Both the position numbers and the translations under genes were made by a program. A stretch of DNA of 10,588 nt, taken from the UHGV virus genome UHGV-0127658. One strand, 5' to 3'. Positions within the stretch are counted from its first letter, which is position 1, and each line of letters opens with the position of its first letter. The notes beneath the pieces are model-generated. The model worked only from the letters and a program-made list of their open reading frames with translations, did no database searches and had not been told where the DNA came from. Origin of the DNA: a virus. This document shows, in pieces, positions 1-5,896 of the stretch.

Positions 1-618
1 CTTCACCATGTCAAACATCCACTCTGCGGCGGTCAGGTCTTCTGCTGTCCCCCACTTGCTGCCGCTCTGAATTGCAGCATCCGGTTTCACCACAGAAAGG
101 TCGTTTTCTGGCTGGTCAGAGGATTCGCCAGAATTCTCTGACGAATAATCTTTTCTTTTTTCTTTTGTAATAGTGTCTTTTGTGTCCCCCTGTTTTGAGG
201 GATAGCAATCCCCCAATTTGAGGGATGTTTTATCCCTCGTTTTAGGGGATTTTCCCTCGTTTTGAGGGATGCACCATTCTGAGATGTTTTTATTTGGTCC
301 AAACATGCCGCCTTGCTGCTTGATAATATTCATTCTGACGAGTTCTAACTTGGCTTCATTGCACCGTTTGACAGGTAACTTTGTAATCTCGCTAAGTTGA
401 GAATCGGTGATTCTGTCCATTGGTTTATTCCACCCATAGGTTTTACGCAGAATGGCAAGCAGCACTTTAAACTGTCGCTTGGTCAGATCTGCGCCCGAAT
501 AAGCCTCAAGCAGCATATTTGATAGTCTGGCGTAACCATCATCGAGATCTGCCACATTACGCTCCTGTCCGGCAAAGTTACCTCTGCCGAAGTTGAGTAT
601 TTTTGCTGTATTTGTCAT
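1..618 (-). CDS. O: Replication initiation protein O, N-terminal ~206 codons (3' end lies beyond the window start)
   Basis: Minus-strand ATG at 618-616 preceded by AGGAG (628-624). Frame stays open to position 1 (hand-translated; ends ...SKWGTAEDLTAAEWMFDMVK at positions 60-1). Translation begins MTNTAKILNFGRGNFAGQERNVADLDDGYARLSNML..., which I recognise as lambda O. Absent from the ORF track because no stop is reached inside the window. Confidence 0.9.
   Translation of the reverse strand, partial: MTNTAKILNFGRGNFAGQERNVADLDDGYARLSNMLLEAYSGADLTKRQFKVLLAILRKTYGWNKPMDRITDSQLSEITKLPVKRCNEAKLELVRMNIIKQQGGMFGPNKNISEWCIPQNEGKSPKTRDKTSLKLGDCYPSKQGDTKDTITKEKRKDYSSENSGESSDQPENDLSVVKPDAAIQSGSKWGTAEDLTAAEWMFDMVK
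184..270. repeat. Replication origin iterons: four ~19-bp direct repeats (consensus on the O-sense strand ATCCCTCAAAACGAGGGA), flanked at 130-180 by an AT-rich tract
   Basis: Four copies read directly at 184-203, 207-226, 232-250 and 251-270, each with internal dyad symmetry (TCCC...GGGA). Adjacent AT-rich stretch cttttcttttttcttttgtaatagtgtcttttgtg. They lie inside the O reading frame, as in ori-lambda. Confidence 0.85.
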
Positions 619-650
619 AATGACTCCTGTTGATAGATCCAGTAATGACC

Positions 651-947
651 TCAGAACTCCATCTGGATTTGTTCAGAACGCTCGGTTGCCGCCGGGCGTT
701 TTTTATTGGTGAGTCCATCAAGCGCATACTTAAAAGCCCTGCTAATCGGACTGATGTCTGATGCCATTCCGAAAGCACACAAGACCGAAGCAATAAATCT
801 CCAATCCGTTCTGCTTATCTTCGATTCATGACAGCCAATCATCTTTGCCAGACCGCGCTGGGTAATAGCTGACAGATTGATAAGTAAATCTGTTTCTGCG
901 CGATCAACGTCACGCTGTGATAGTTTGCTGTAACTTGTTCTTTCCAT
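651..947 (-). CDS. cII: CII transcriptional activator (lysogeny establishment), chimeric: lambda-type C-terminus with a divergent N-terminal two-thirds
   Basis: 98-aa minus-strand ORF. The last ~20 residues, TNKKRPAATERSEQIQMEF, match what I recall of lambda CII; the preceding part does not. The spacer to the O start (619-650) also looks lambda-like. Position between cro and O is canonical. Confidence 0.85.
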   Translation of the reverse strand: MERTSYSKLSQRDVDRAETDLLINLSAITQRGLAKMIGCHESKISRTDWRFIASVLCAFGMASDISPISRAFKYALDGLTNKKRPAATERSEQIQMEF

Positions 948-1032
948 TTCTTAAGATTTCCAATAGTGAATAGTTAGTTGAAAGGTATGCGTGGAAACGC
1001 ATATGGCCTTAGTTGGTCAGATATCTTGGAAC

Positions 1033-1077
1033 TCGCTTTTCAGCGACGTAGGACGAATGTCCGTTGTTACAAAGAGC
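1033..1077 (-). promoter_or_regulatory. nutR-like N-utilisation site: boxA (1077-1064, GCTCTTTGTAACAA) and boxB hairpin (1046-1033, UCGCUGAAAAGCGA)
   Basis: Lies immediately downstream of the cro stop on the transcribed (minus) strand. boxA resembles the consensus CGCTCTTTAACAA. boxB is a 4-bp stem with a UGAAAA loop and is nearly identical to the nutL hairpin at 3875-3888; both are preceded by CTACG. Confidence 0.6.
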
Positions 1078-1088
1078 GGATCCGCTTA

Positions 1089-1304
1089 TTAAGCGGCTTT
1101 GTGTTCCGGCGGGAACACGTCATCAAGACTGACTTTTGCGCCTAACTTGTTTAGGCACGCAACAAGAGCACGGCATGTTTTAAGGTCTGGGAAGCGACGA
1201 CCAGATTCCCAATGTCCGATAGCTCCCTGTGTGCATCCAACTGCCTTAGCAAGTGTTGTTTGAGAGATATTCAGTGACTCTCGATATTTTCGTAGGTTGC
1301 TCAT
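1089..1304 (-). CDS. cro: Cro-like HTH (XRE-type) repressor, 71 aa
   Basis: The ORF-track entry 1089..1397 is trimmed to the internal ATG at 1304-1302, which is preceded by GGAGGG (1313-1308). Protein MSNLRKYRESLNISQTTLAKAVGCTQGAIGHWESG... has a helix-turn-helix whose recognition-helix motif TQGAIGHW is mirrored in the divergent cI (TQGGIGHW). Position and divergent orientation relative to cI fit cro. Not lambda Cro by sequence. Confidence 0.75.
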   Translation of the reverse strand: MSNLRKYRESLNISQTTLAKAVGCTQGAIGHWESGRRFPDLKTCRALVACLNKLGAKVSLDDVFPPEHKAA

Positions 1305-1420
1305 ATGCCCTCCATAGTAAACACGAATAAAAAATACAATATGTACTTTACGAATACAAGTAAAAATACACATTGTGCATGGATGGTTCCAGTACAAAGC
1401 GTAATAATAAGGACATGAAA
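1305..1420. promoter_or_regulatory. OR operator / divergent pR-pRM control region
   Basis: 116-bp AT-rich spacer between the divergent cro and cI starts. Candidate pR on the minus strand: -35 TTGTAT (1359-1354), 17-bp spacer, -10 TATTTT (1336-1331). The 13-mer ATATGTACTTTAC (1339-1351) sits in the pR spacer and recurs inverted at the pL region (3777-3789). pRM elements could not be assigned confidently. Confidence 0.6.
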
Positions 1421-2074
1421 ATGAAATGGTATGAACTGGCTAGATCCAGAATGAAAGAGCTCGGCATAACTCAAGAGAAGTTAGCCGAAGAGCTAGGTAT
1501 GACGCAGGGTGGGATTGGACACTGGTTGCGCGGATCTCGTCATCCATCTCTTAGTGATATTGGTGTGGTGTTTAAATACCTTGGTATTGATAACATATCA
1601 TTCAACCACGACGGGACATTTTCACCTGTTGGCGAATACTCATCGGCCCCAGTTAAAAAACAATATGAGTACCCTGTTTTTTCTCATGTTCAGGCTGGGA
1701 TGTTCTCTCCAGAACTCAGAACCTTTACCAAAGGCGATGCGGAGAGATTGGTAAGCACAACCAAAAAAGCCAGTGACTCTGCATTCTGGCTTGAGGTTGA
1801 AGGTAACTCAATGACCGCACCAACAGGTTCCAAGCCCAGCTTTCCTGACGGGATGTTAATTCTGGTTGACCCTGAGCAGGCTGTTGAGCCAGGCGATTTC
1901 TGTATAGCCAGACTTGGTGGTGATGAGTTTACCTTCAAGAAACTGATCAGGGATAGCGGTCAGATGTTTCTACAGCCACTAAACCCACAATACCCAATGA
2001 TCCCATGCAATGAGAGTTGTTCCGTTGTGGGGAAAGTTATCGCTAGTCAGTGGCCTGAAGAGACGTTTGGGTGA
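1421..2074 (+). CDS. cI: CI prophage repressor (HTH DNA-binding domain + LexA/S24-like autocleavage domain), chimeric
   Basis: ORF-track 1373..2074 starts at TTG; I prefer ATG 1421 (AAGGA at 1408-1412, MKWYELAR...). The C-terminal ~135 aa ([28 protein letters not shown]...GNSMTAP...[12 protein letters not shown]...[12 protein letters not shown]) is near-identical to my recollection of lambda CI, including the Ser/Lys catalytic dyad context. The N-terminal ~80 aa is unrelated to lambda CI but carries an HTH. Confidence 0.85.
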   Translation: MKWYELARSRMKELGITQEKLAEELGMTQGGIGHWLRGSRHPSLSDIGVVFKYLGIDNISFNHDGTFSPVGEYSSAPVKKQYEYPVFSHVQAGMFSPELRTFTKGDAERLVSTTKKASDSAFWLEVEGNSMTAPTGSKPSFPDGMLILVDPEQAVEPGDFCIARLGGDEFTFKKLIRDSGQMFLQPLNPQYPMIPCNESCSVVGKVIASQWPEETFG

Positions 2075-2173
2075 TGTGACTGCATGTAATTTATCAAAAG
2101 CGCACATACCCTATGCTAAACAACTTACTGATTAATTTACTGAAAATCATTTATTAAAAAATAAGGATTGCCA

Positions 2174-3025
2174 ATGAATTTTTCGGAAGAAAAAAATAAA
2201 GATTTCCCCAAAAAAGTACAAACTTCGCTATTTGAAGTAGATTGTAATGACGGATACTCATTTGTAGATGTCTTGAAGACATGCGAAAATTTCAAACAAA
2301 ACTATGACTTTGAGTACTCTAACGACACTCGGGCAAGGATAAAAAGTCTAATAGTTAACGATGACCAAATCTTTGCTGGGATAACACTCTATGAGCCCAA
2401 AGCTTTGGTCCCGGTAACTCCAAAAGATGGAGACCATAACGATTTGCAGGATGTAGATAATTATGATAAATGCCATATATTCTTGCTTGCAACAGAAAGC
2501 AATATTCTAACAATTTTTCAACTATCAGGAACTCATCCTTTATCTAAGTTAAAAAAAATATTTAGCCTCATGAATATCAATGTGAATATTTCTGAGAAAC
2601 TCAACAAAGATGCACTTGGCAAGATAATAAAAGATGGAATACGCTCCATCAGCCTAAGTATTGAAACAACAAAAGAAGATCTAGAAGAGACAAAAGCAAC
2701 ATCATTAGGTATCACTGGAAAAGCTAAAGAAGCTTTGTCAAGATTATTTGAGAAAGAGCAAGATGATGACAACTCTTTCTATGGGCTTCTGACTCTTGAC
2801 AAGAGACATAACCCAAAACTCTTAAATATTGCGAACAAAAATCCAAGCCTGATCATTGATGAATTATCGGAAGAGTTCTTCATCACAACATCAAAAGGCC
2901 AAGCGATCAAAAGCTCTGAAATCAAAACAAAAAAAGATTATTACACAAGAAAGTATGGCTCTACCACCATAAAAGCGGAACACGCTAAGGAAATTCTTGA
3001 GCACTTCAAGGATTTCATACTATAA
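2174..3025 (+). CDS. Hypothetical soluble protein (~283 aa) at the rexA position; candidate sensor component of a prophage exclusion/abortive-infection pair
   Basis: ORF-track 2168..3025 (TTG start); I prefer ATG 2174 with AAGGA at 2163-2167. Lys/Glu/Asp-rich, no TM segments, no P-loop or other motif I can recognise. Co-directional and immediately downstream of cI. Sampled 60-bp lines give roughly 27% G+C versus roughly 55% in the flanking lambda-like genes (hand count, not a full computation). Confidence 0.7.
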   Translation: MNFSEEKNKDFPKKVQTSLFEVDCNDGYSFVDVLKTCENFKQNYDFEYSNDTRARIKSLIVNDDQIFAGITLYEPKALVPVTPKDGDHNDLQDVDNYDKCHIFLLATESNILTIFQLSGTHPLSKLKKIFSLMNINVNISEKLNKDALGKIIKDGIRSISLSIETTKEDLEETKATSLGITGKAKEALSRLFEKEQDDDNSFYGLLTLDKRHNPKLLNIANKNPSLIIDELSEEFFITTSKGQAIKSSEIKTKKDYYTRKYGSTTIKAEHAKEILEHFKDFIL

Positions 3026-3062
3026 TGGAGGGTTGTACGTATAACCAAAGGGGGAGGTGTGA

Positions 3063-3554
3063 ATGAGAGGTAAAGATTGGAGTTATATTTTTTCCATAAT
3101 CTTTTTTATCTGCCTTTCTCTTGTATTAACTTATTATTTACATGATAAGGTTAGATATAACAAAGAGTTGCTTGGACTTGTGGCAAATATATTTTCAATA
3201 TTAACAGGGTTTCTGTTACTTGTTATAACCACAAGTGGAGACGTAGCATCGTTTACAGAAGGTAAATCAAGATCAGAAAAGTATGCAACTAAGAGGAAAT
3301 TCGAAATTCGGTTTTCTCGTTACATGATGCTTTTTTACCTCTATCTTACAGTCTTGTGCTTAATATTCTTCTACTACATGCTGCTGCCACCAGGAGACAC
3401 CAGTAAAATCTTAGCAAGCAAGCCGCCTGTGACCAACCTGAGTCTGGCACTTGAGTTTATTATATGCTGGCTAAGCATAATTTCATTTGGATGCTCTTTT
3501 TTCATACCAATAAAGCTGAAACAGATTTATAACGAAAAACTCAAGCAACAATAA
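3063..3554 (+). CDS. Hypothetical small inner-membrane protein (163 aa, four predicted TM helices) at the rexB position; candidate membrane effector
   Basis: ATG 3063 preceded by GGGGGAGG (3050-3057). Four hydrophobic stretches of about 20 aa: WSYIFSIIFFICLSLVLTYYL, LLGLVANIFSILTGFLLLVITT, YMMLFYLYLTVLCLIFFYYMLL, LSLALEFIICWLSIISFGCSFFIPI. Same AT-rich composition as the upstream gene. Topology resembles RexB-type proteins, but the sequence is not what I recall for lambda RexB. Confidence 0.75.
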   Translation: MRGKDWSYIFSIIFFICLSLVLTYYLHDKVRYNKELLGLVANIFSILTGFLLLVITTSGDVASFTEGKSRSEKYATKRKFEIRFSRYMMLFYLYLTVLCLIFFYYMLLPPGDTSKILASKPPVTNLSLALEFIICWLSIISFGCSFFIPIKLKQIYNEKLKQQ

Positions 3555-3580
3555 CCCGGTCTCAGCGCCGGGTTTTCTTT
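3554..3580 (+). terminator. Rho-independent terminator closing the cI / rex-position operon (t-imm analogue)
   Basis: Stem ACCCGG (3554-3559) / CCGGGT (3568-3573) with loop tctcagcg, followed by TTTCTTT (3574-3580), directly after the membrane-protein stop. Confidence 0.6.
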
Positions 3581-3763
3581 GCCTCACGATCGCCCCACCT
3601 AAAAACACATAACCAATTGTATTTATTGAAAAATAAATAGATGCAACCCACTAAACCACGCAATTCTGATCTCTCCTTACATCGCCGAGGCAATACATCC
3701 ACGCTAAAAAACAACACTATTAAATACAAAGCGTTATAAAAAACCACGCCAACTTACAACAAA

Positions 3764-3797
3764 TTGTATTGATCTTGTAAAGTACATATCGTACTAT
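3764..3797 (+). promoter_or_regulatory. Candidate pL promoter with overlapping OL operator
   Basis: -35 TTGATC (3769-3774), 17-bp spacer, -10 TACTAT (3792-3797). The 15-bp palindrome AGTACatatcGTACT (3781-3795) and the inverted copy of the OR 13-mer (3777-3789) overlap the spacer and -10. It is upstream of nutL and N. Confidence 0.5.
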
Positions 3798-3843
3798 TTA
3801 ATCGTCAGCAGGACGCTGGAAGCCAAATGGAACAGACTGGCAG

Positions 3844-3888
3844 GCTCTTTAAACAACGTCGACTCTCGACTACGTGGCTGAAAAGCCA
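3844..3888 (+). promoter_or_regulatory. nutL-like site: boxA (3844-3856, GCTCTTTAAACAA) and boxB hairpin (3875-3888, UGGCUGAAAAGCCA)
   Basis: Located between the candidate pL and the N start. boxA is close to the consensus; boxB matches the nutR hairpin except for the compensating stem pair. An alternative small hairpin GTCGActcTCGAC lies at 3858-3870. Confidence 0.6.
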
Positions 3889-3986
3889 GATCACCCAACC
3901 ACATAAGCTGTGGGATGCAATGCCGAAGCAACCGTCTCAGGAGGAGCTTCGAGATTGCATCGCCAAAGTTTATTCGGGAGGAATCC

Positions 3987-4259
3987 ATGTCCAGAAAAAC
4001 AGAATTTAAAGGCACCGCAGCTTCTCGCCGTAGAGCTCGTCGCGCAAATCTGCAAAGTCAGGAGGCGATCAGCTCCGACAAGCTACACAGGCCAACCCCT
4101 TCACGAGTGGTCTTGCAATGCAAGCGCAAACCAGCAATGAGAGCAGAAGTGATAACTCTGACAACGTTGACCAGAAAATATGAAGGTTCAACTTGTCTTC
4201 CGAACGTAGCCATTTACGCGGCAGGCTACAGGAAATCAAAACAACTGACGGCGAGATGA
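3987..4259 (+). CDS. N: N-type transcription antitermination protein (P22 gp24-like C-terminus), 90 aa
   Basis: The ORF-track entry 3915..4259 is trimmed to ATG 3987, preceded by GGGAGG (3976-3981). Arginine-rich motif near the N-terminus (TAASRRRARRANLQ). The C-terminus LPNVAIYAAGYRKSKQLTAR closely resembles what I recall of the P22 gene 24 product (…LPGVALYAAGHRKSKQITAR). First gene after pL/nutL. Confidence 0.75.
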   Translation: MSRKTEFKGTAASRRRARRANLQSQEAISSDKLHRPTPSRVVLQCKRKPAMRAEVITLTTLTRKYEGSTCLPNVAIYAAGYRKSKQLTAR

Positions 4260-4274
4260 TAAATCATTTGCTAA

Positions 4275-4856
4275 TTACTTGTTTTTGCCATGCTTATCCT
4301 GAGCGATAAGTTCATCCATAAGACTGTCTTTCTTCCCAGCAAACCTAATGTAGCACTCATTTCTATAGCGTTCCGGGATAACAAAACGGTCGATTTCAGG
4401 ATATCCAGTAGCAGAAGGTATCCGAATAAGAAGCCCTTTTTCGAGCAATGAGATTGCTTCAGGGCTTCCCTTTTCTGTCTTTAGCTGGTTATTCGCGGCT
4501 ACAGCGAATGCCAAATACGCTCTTTCTCCAAGAGTTAACGAATCAAACAAATCTTGCACATATTTTTCTTCTTTAGATTTGCGCTTCTGAGCAGCGGATA
4601 CCTCAATTCTTTCAGTCACAGCGTGATAAGCGGAATTAACAACACCGTTAAGCACATAGCTAACGCAGAACAACAGGATGTAATACATCCAATAATGAGG
4701 AAGGATTTCTGGATTATGCAGGTTTATCCATTCTTTTACGCTTACCGGCATAACAATAATCAATATGATCAGGATGATTAGCATATGAATCAACTGTTTA
4801 AGTGTCATTCCTTGCAGGAAAAAATGCATTAGTTCCTGCCACCATGAGTTGTTCAT
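4275..4856 (-). CDS. sieB: SieB-like superinfection exclusion membrane protein (193 aa), antisense to the pL operon
   Basis: Position between N and ral on the opposite strand is as in lambda and P22. Size is close to the ~192 aa I recall for P22 SieB. N-terminal hydrophobic segments (LIHMLIILIILIIVMPVSV, WMYYILLFCVSYVLNGVV). An alternative in-frame start exists at 4829. Assignment rests on synteny and topology, not verified homology. Confidence 0.55.
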   Translation of the reverse strand: MNNSWWQELMHFFLQGMTLKQLIHMLIILIILIIVMPVSVKEWINLHNPEILPHYWMYYILLFCVSYVLNGVVNSAYHAVTERIEVSAAQKRKSKEEKYVQDLFDSLTLGERAYLAFAVAANNQLKTEKGSPEAISLLEKGLLIRIPSATGYPEIDRFVIPERYRNECYIRFAGKKDSLMDELIAQDKHGKNK

Positions 4857-5069
4857 CGGCGTTTCTCTTTTGCTCTCTGTAGGGGTGAATAGAGTTTATC
4901 CGATTTCTCGCTGTAGGGGTACACGAGAACCACCGAGCCTGATGTGGTTAAAAGACAGGCACAATCTTTACTACCGCAATCCACTATTTAAGGTGATATA
5001 TGGAAGAAGAATTTGAAGAGTTCGAAGAGCATCCTCAGGATGTGATGGAACAATACCAGGACTATCCGT

Positions 5070-5270
5070 ATGACTACGACTATTGATAAAAATCAATGGT
5101 GTGGACAATTCAAGCGATGCAATGGATGCAAGCTGCAATCGGAATGCATGGTTAAGCCTGAAGAAATGTTTCCTGTAATGGAAGATGGGAAATATGTCGA
5201 TAAATGGGCAATACGAACGACGGCAATGATTGCCAGAGAACTTGGTAAACAGAACAACAAAGCTGCCTGA
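5070..5270 (+). CDS. ral: Ral-like restriction-alleviation protein, 66 aa
   Basis: 66-aa ORF at the lambda ral position (after N and sieB), the same length I recall for lambda Ral. Cys-rich N-terminal part (CGQFKRCNGCKLQSEC). Recognition is by synteny and size; I cannot verify the sequence from memory. Confidence 0.6.
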   Translation: MTTTIDKNQWCGQFKRCNGCKLQSECMVKPEEMFPVMEDGKYVDKWAIRTTAMIARELGKQNNKAA

Positions 5271-5406
5271 TAGTGGCCTTTATTTTTGGCATAAATAACA
5301 GAATAAACACTGCACTGTGTATTCATTCCAACGAGTGAATACACGGAGAAGTGTCGCTCGTAACTAAACAGGAGCCGACTTGTTCTGATTATTGGAAATC
5401 TTCTTT

Positions 5407-5433
5407 GCCCTCCAATGTGAGGGCGATTTTTTA
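5407..5433 (+). terminator. Intrinsic terminator-like hairpin within the pL operon (tL-type, presumably read through by N-modified polymerase)
   Basis: Stem GCCCTC (5407-5412) / GAGGGC (5419-5424) with loop caatgt, followed by GATTTTTTA (5425-5433); lies between ral and ea10. Confidence 0.45.
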
Positions 5434-5452
5434 TCTGTGAGGATATGAACAG

Positions 5453-5821
5453 ATGTCAAACATCAAAAAATACATCATTGATTACGACTGGAAATCATCA
5501 ATAGAAATTGAAATCGACCATGACGTAATGACAGAGGAAAAACTTCACCAGATTAATAATTTCTGGTCAGACTCTGAATACCGACTCAATAAACACGGCT
5601 CTGTATTAAATGCTGTATTAATCATGCTGGCGCAACATGCTCTGCTTATAGCAATTTCAAGCGACTTAAATGCATATGGTGTTGTGTGTGAGTTCGACTG
5701 GAATGATGGAAATGGTCAGGAAGGATGGCCTCCAATGGATGGTAGCGAAGGAATAAGAATTACCGATATCGATACATCAGGAATATTTGATTCAGATGAT
5801 ATGACTATCAAAGCCGCCTGA
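5453..5821 (+). CDS. ea10: Ea10-like early protein (lambda ea10 position), 122 aa
   Basis: ATG 5453 preceded by GAGGA (5440-5444). Length equals what I recall for lambda Ea10, and it sits between ral and cIII. Acidic C-terminal half. Assigned by synteny and size. Confidence 0.5.
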   Translation: MSNIKKYIIDYDWKSSIEIEIDHDVMTEEKLHQINNFWSDSEYRLNKHGSVLNAVLIMLAQHALLIAISSDLNAYGVVCEFDWNDGNGQEGWPPMDGSEGIRITDIDTSGIFDSDDMTIKAA

Positions 5822-5896
5822 GTGCGGCTTTACCGCATACCAATAACGCTTCACTCGAGGCGTTTTCGTTATGCAATCAAACAGAAGGAGCATCCT

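Noticed and set aside
87-302. 71-aa minus-strand ORF over the ori iteron region
   Set aside because: It is in a different frame from the O gene, which is open across the whole region and translates to a recognisable O protein. The iterons create an apparent open frame in an alternative register.
578-793. 71-aa minus-strand ORF overlapping the cII 3' end and the O start
   Set aside because: It overlaps two well-supported genes (cII and O) out of frame and has no ribosome-binding site.
1509-1938. ORFs 1509..1754 (+) and 1690..1938 (-) inside cI
   Set aside because: Alternative-frame and antisense ORFs embedded in the cI coding sequence, which has a clear HTH and S24-like domain in its own frame.
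2533-2772. 79-aa antisense ORF inside the rexA-position gene
   Set aside because: Antisense to a longer co-directional ORF with a good ribosome-binding site; it is low-complexity (Ser/Phe-rich) and AT-driven.
2174-3554. Calling the cassette simply rexA/rexB
   Set aside because: Lengths (about 283 and 163 aa) differ from lambda RexA/RexB (279 and 144 aa as I recall), and the sequences do not match my recollection. Only position and architecture are shared, so no gene symbol was assigned.
3562-4140. ORFs 3562..3747 (-), 3794..4015 (-), 3827..4009 (+), 3910..4140 (+) in the terminator-pL-nutL-N region
   Set aside because: These overlap the regulatory region (terminator, OL/pL, nut site) or lie out of frame or antisense to the N-like gene, which has an arginine-rich motif and a recognisable C-terminus. 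The 5' extension of 3915..4259 lacks a ribosome-binding site, whereas ATG 3987 has GGGAGG.
4554-4781. 75-aa plus-strand ORF inside the sieB-like gene
   Set aside because: Antisense to the longer membrane-protein ORF; no ribosome-binding site.
5093-5344. 83-aa minus-strand ORF overlapping ral
   Set aside because: Antisense to ral in a region whose organisation is otherwise explained; ends in a hairpin region.
5822-5896. N-terminal extension of the cIII ORF (track start 5822)
   Set aside because: The extension begins immediately after the ea10 stop with no ribosome-binding site, whereas ATG 5897 is preceded by AAGGAG and gives a CIII-like N-terminus (MQQFAIAG).
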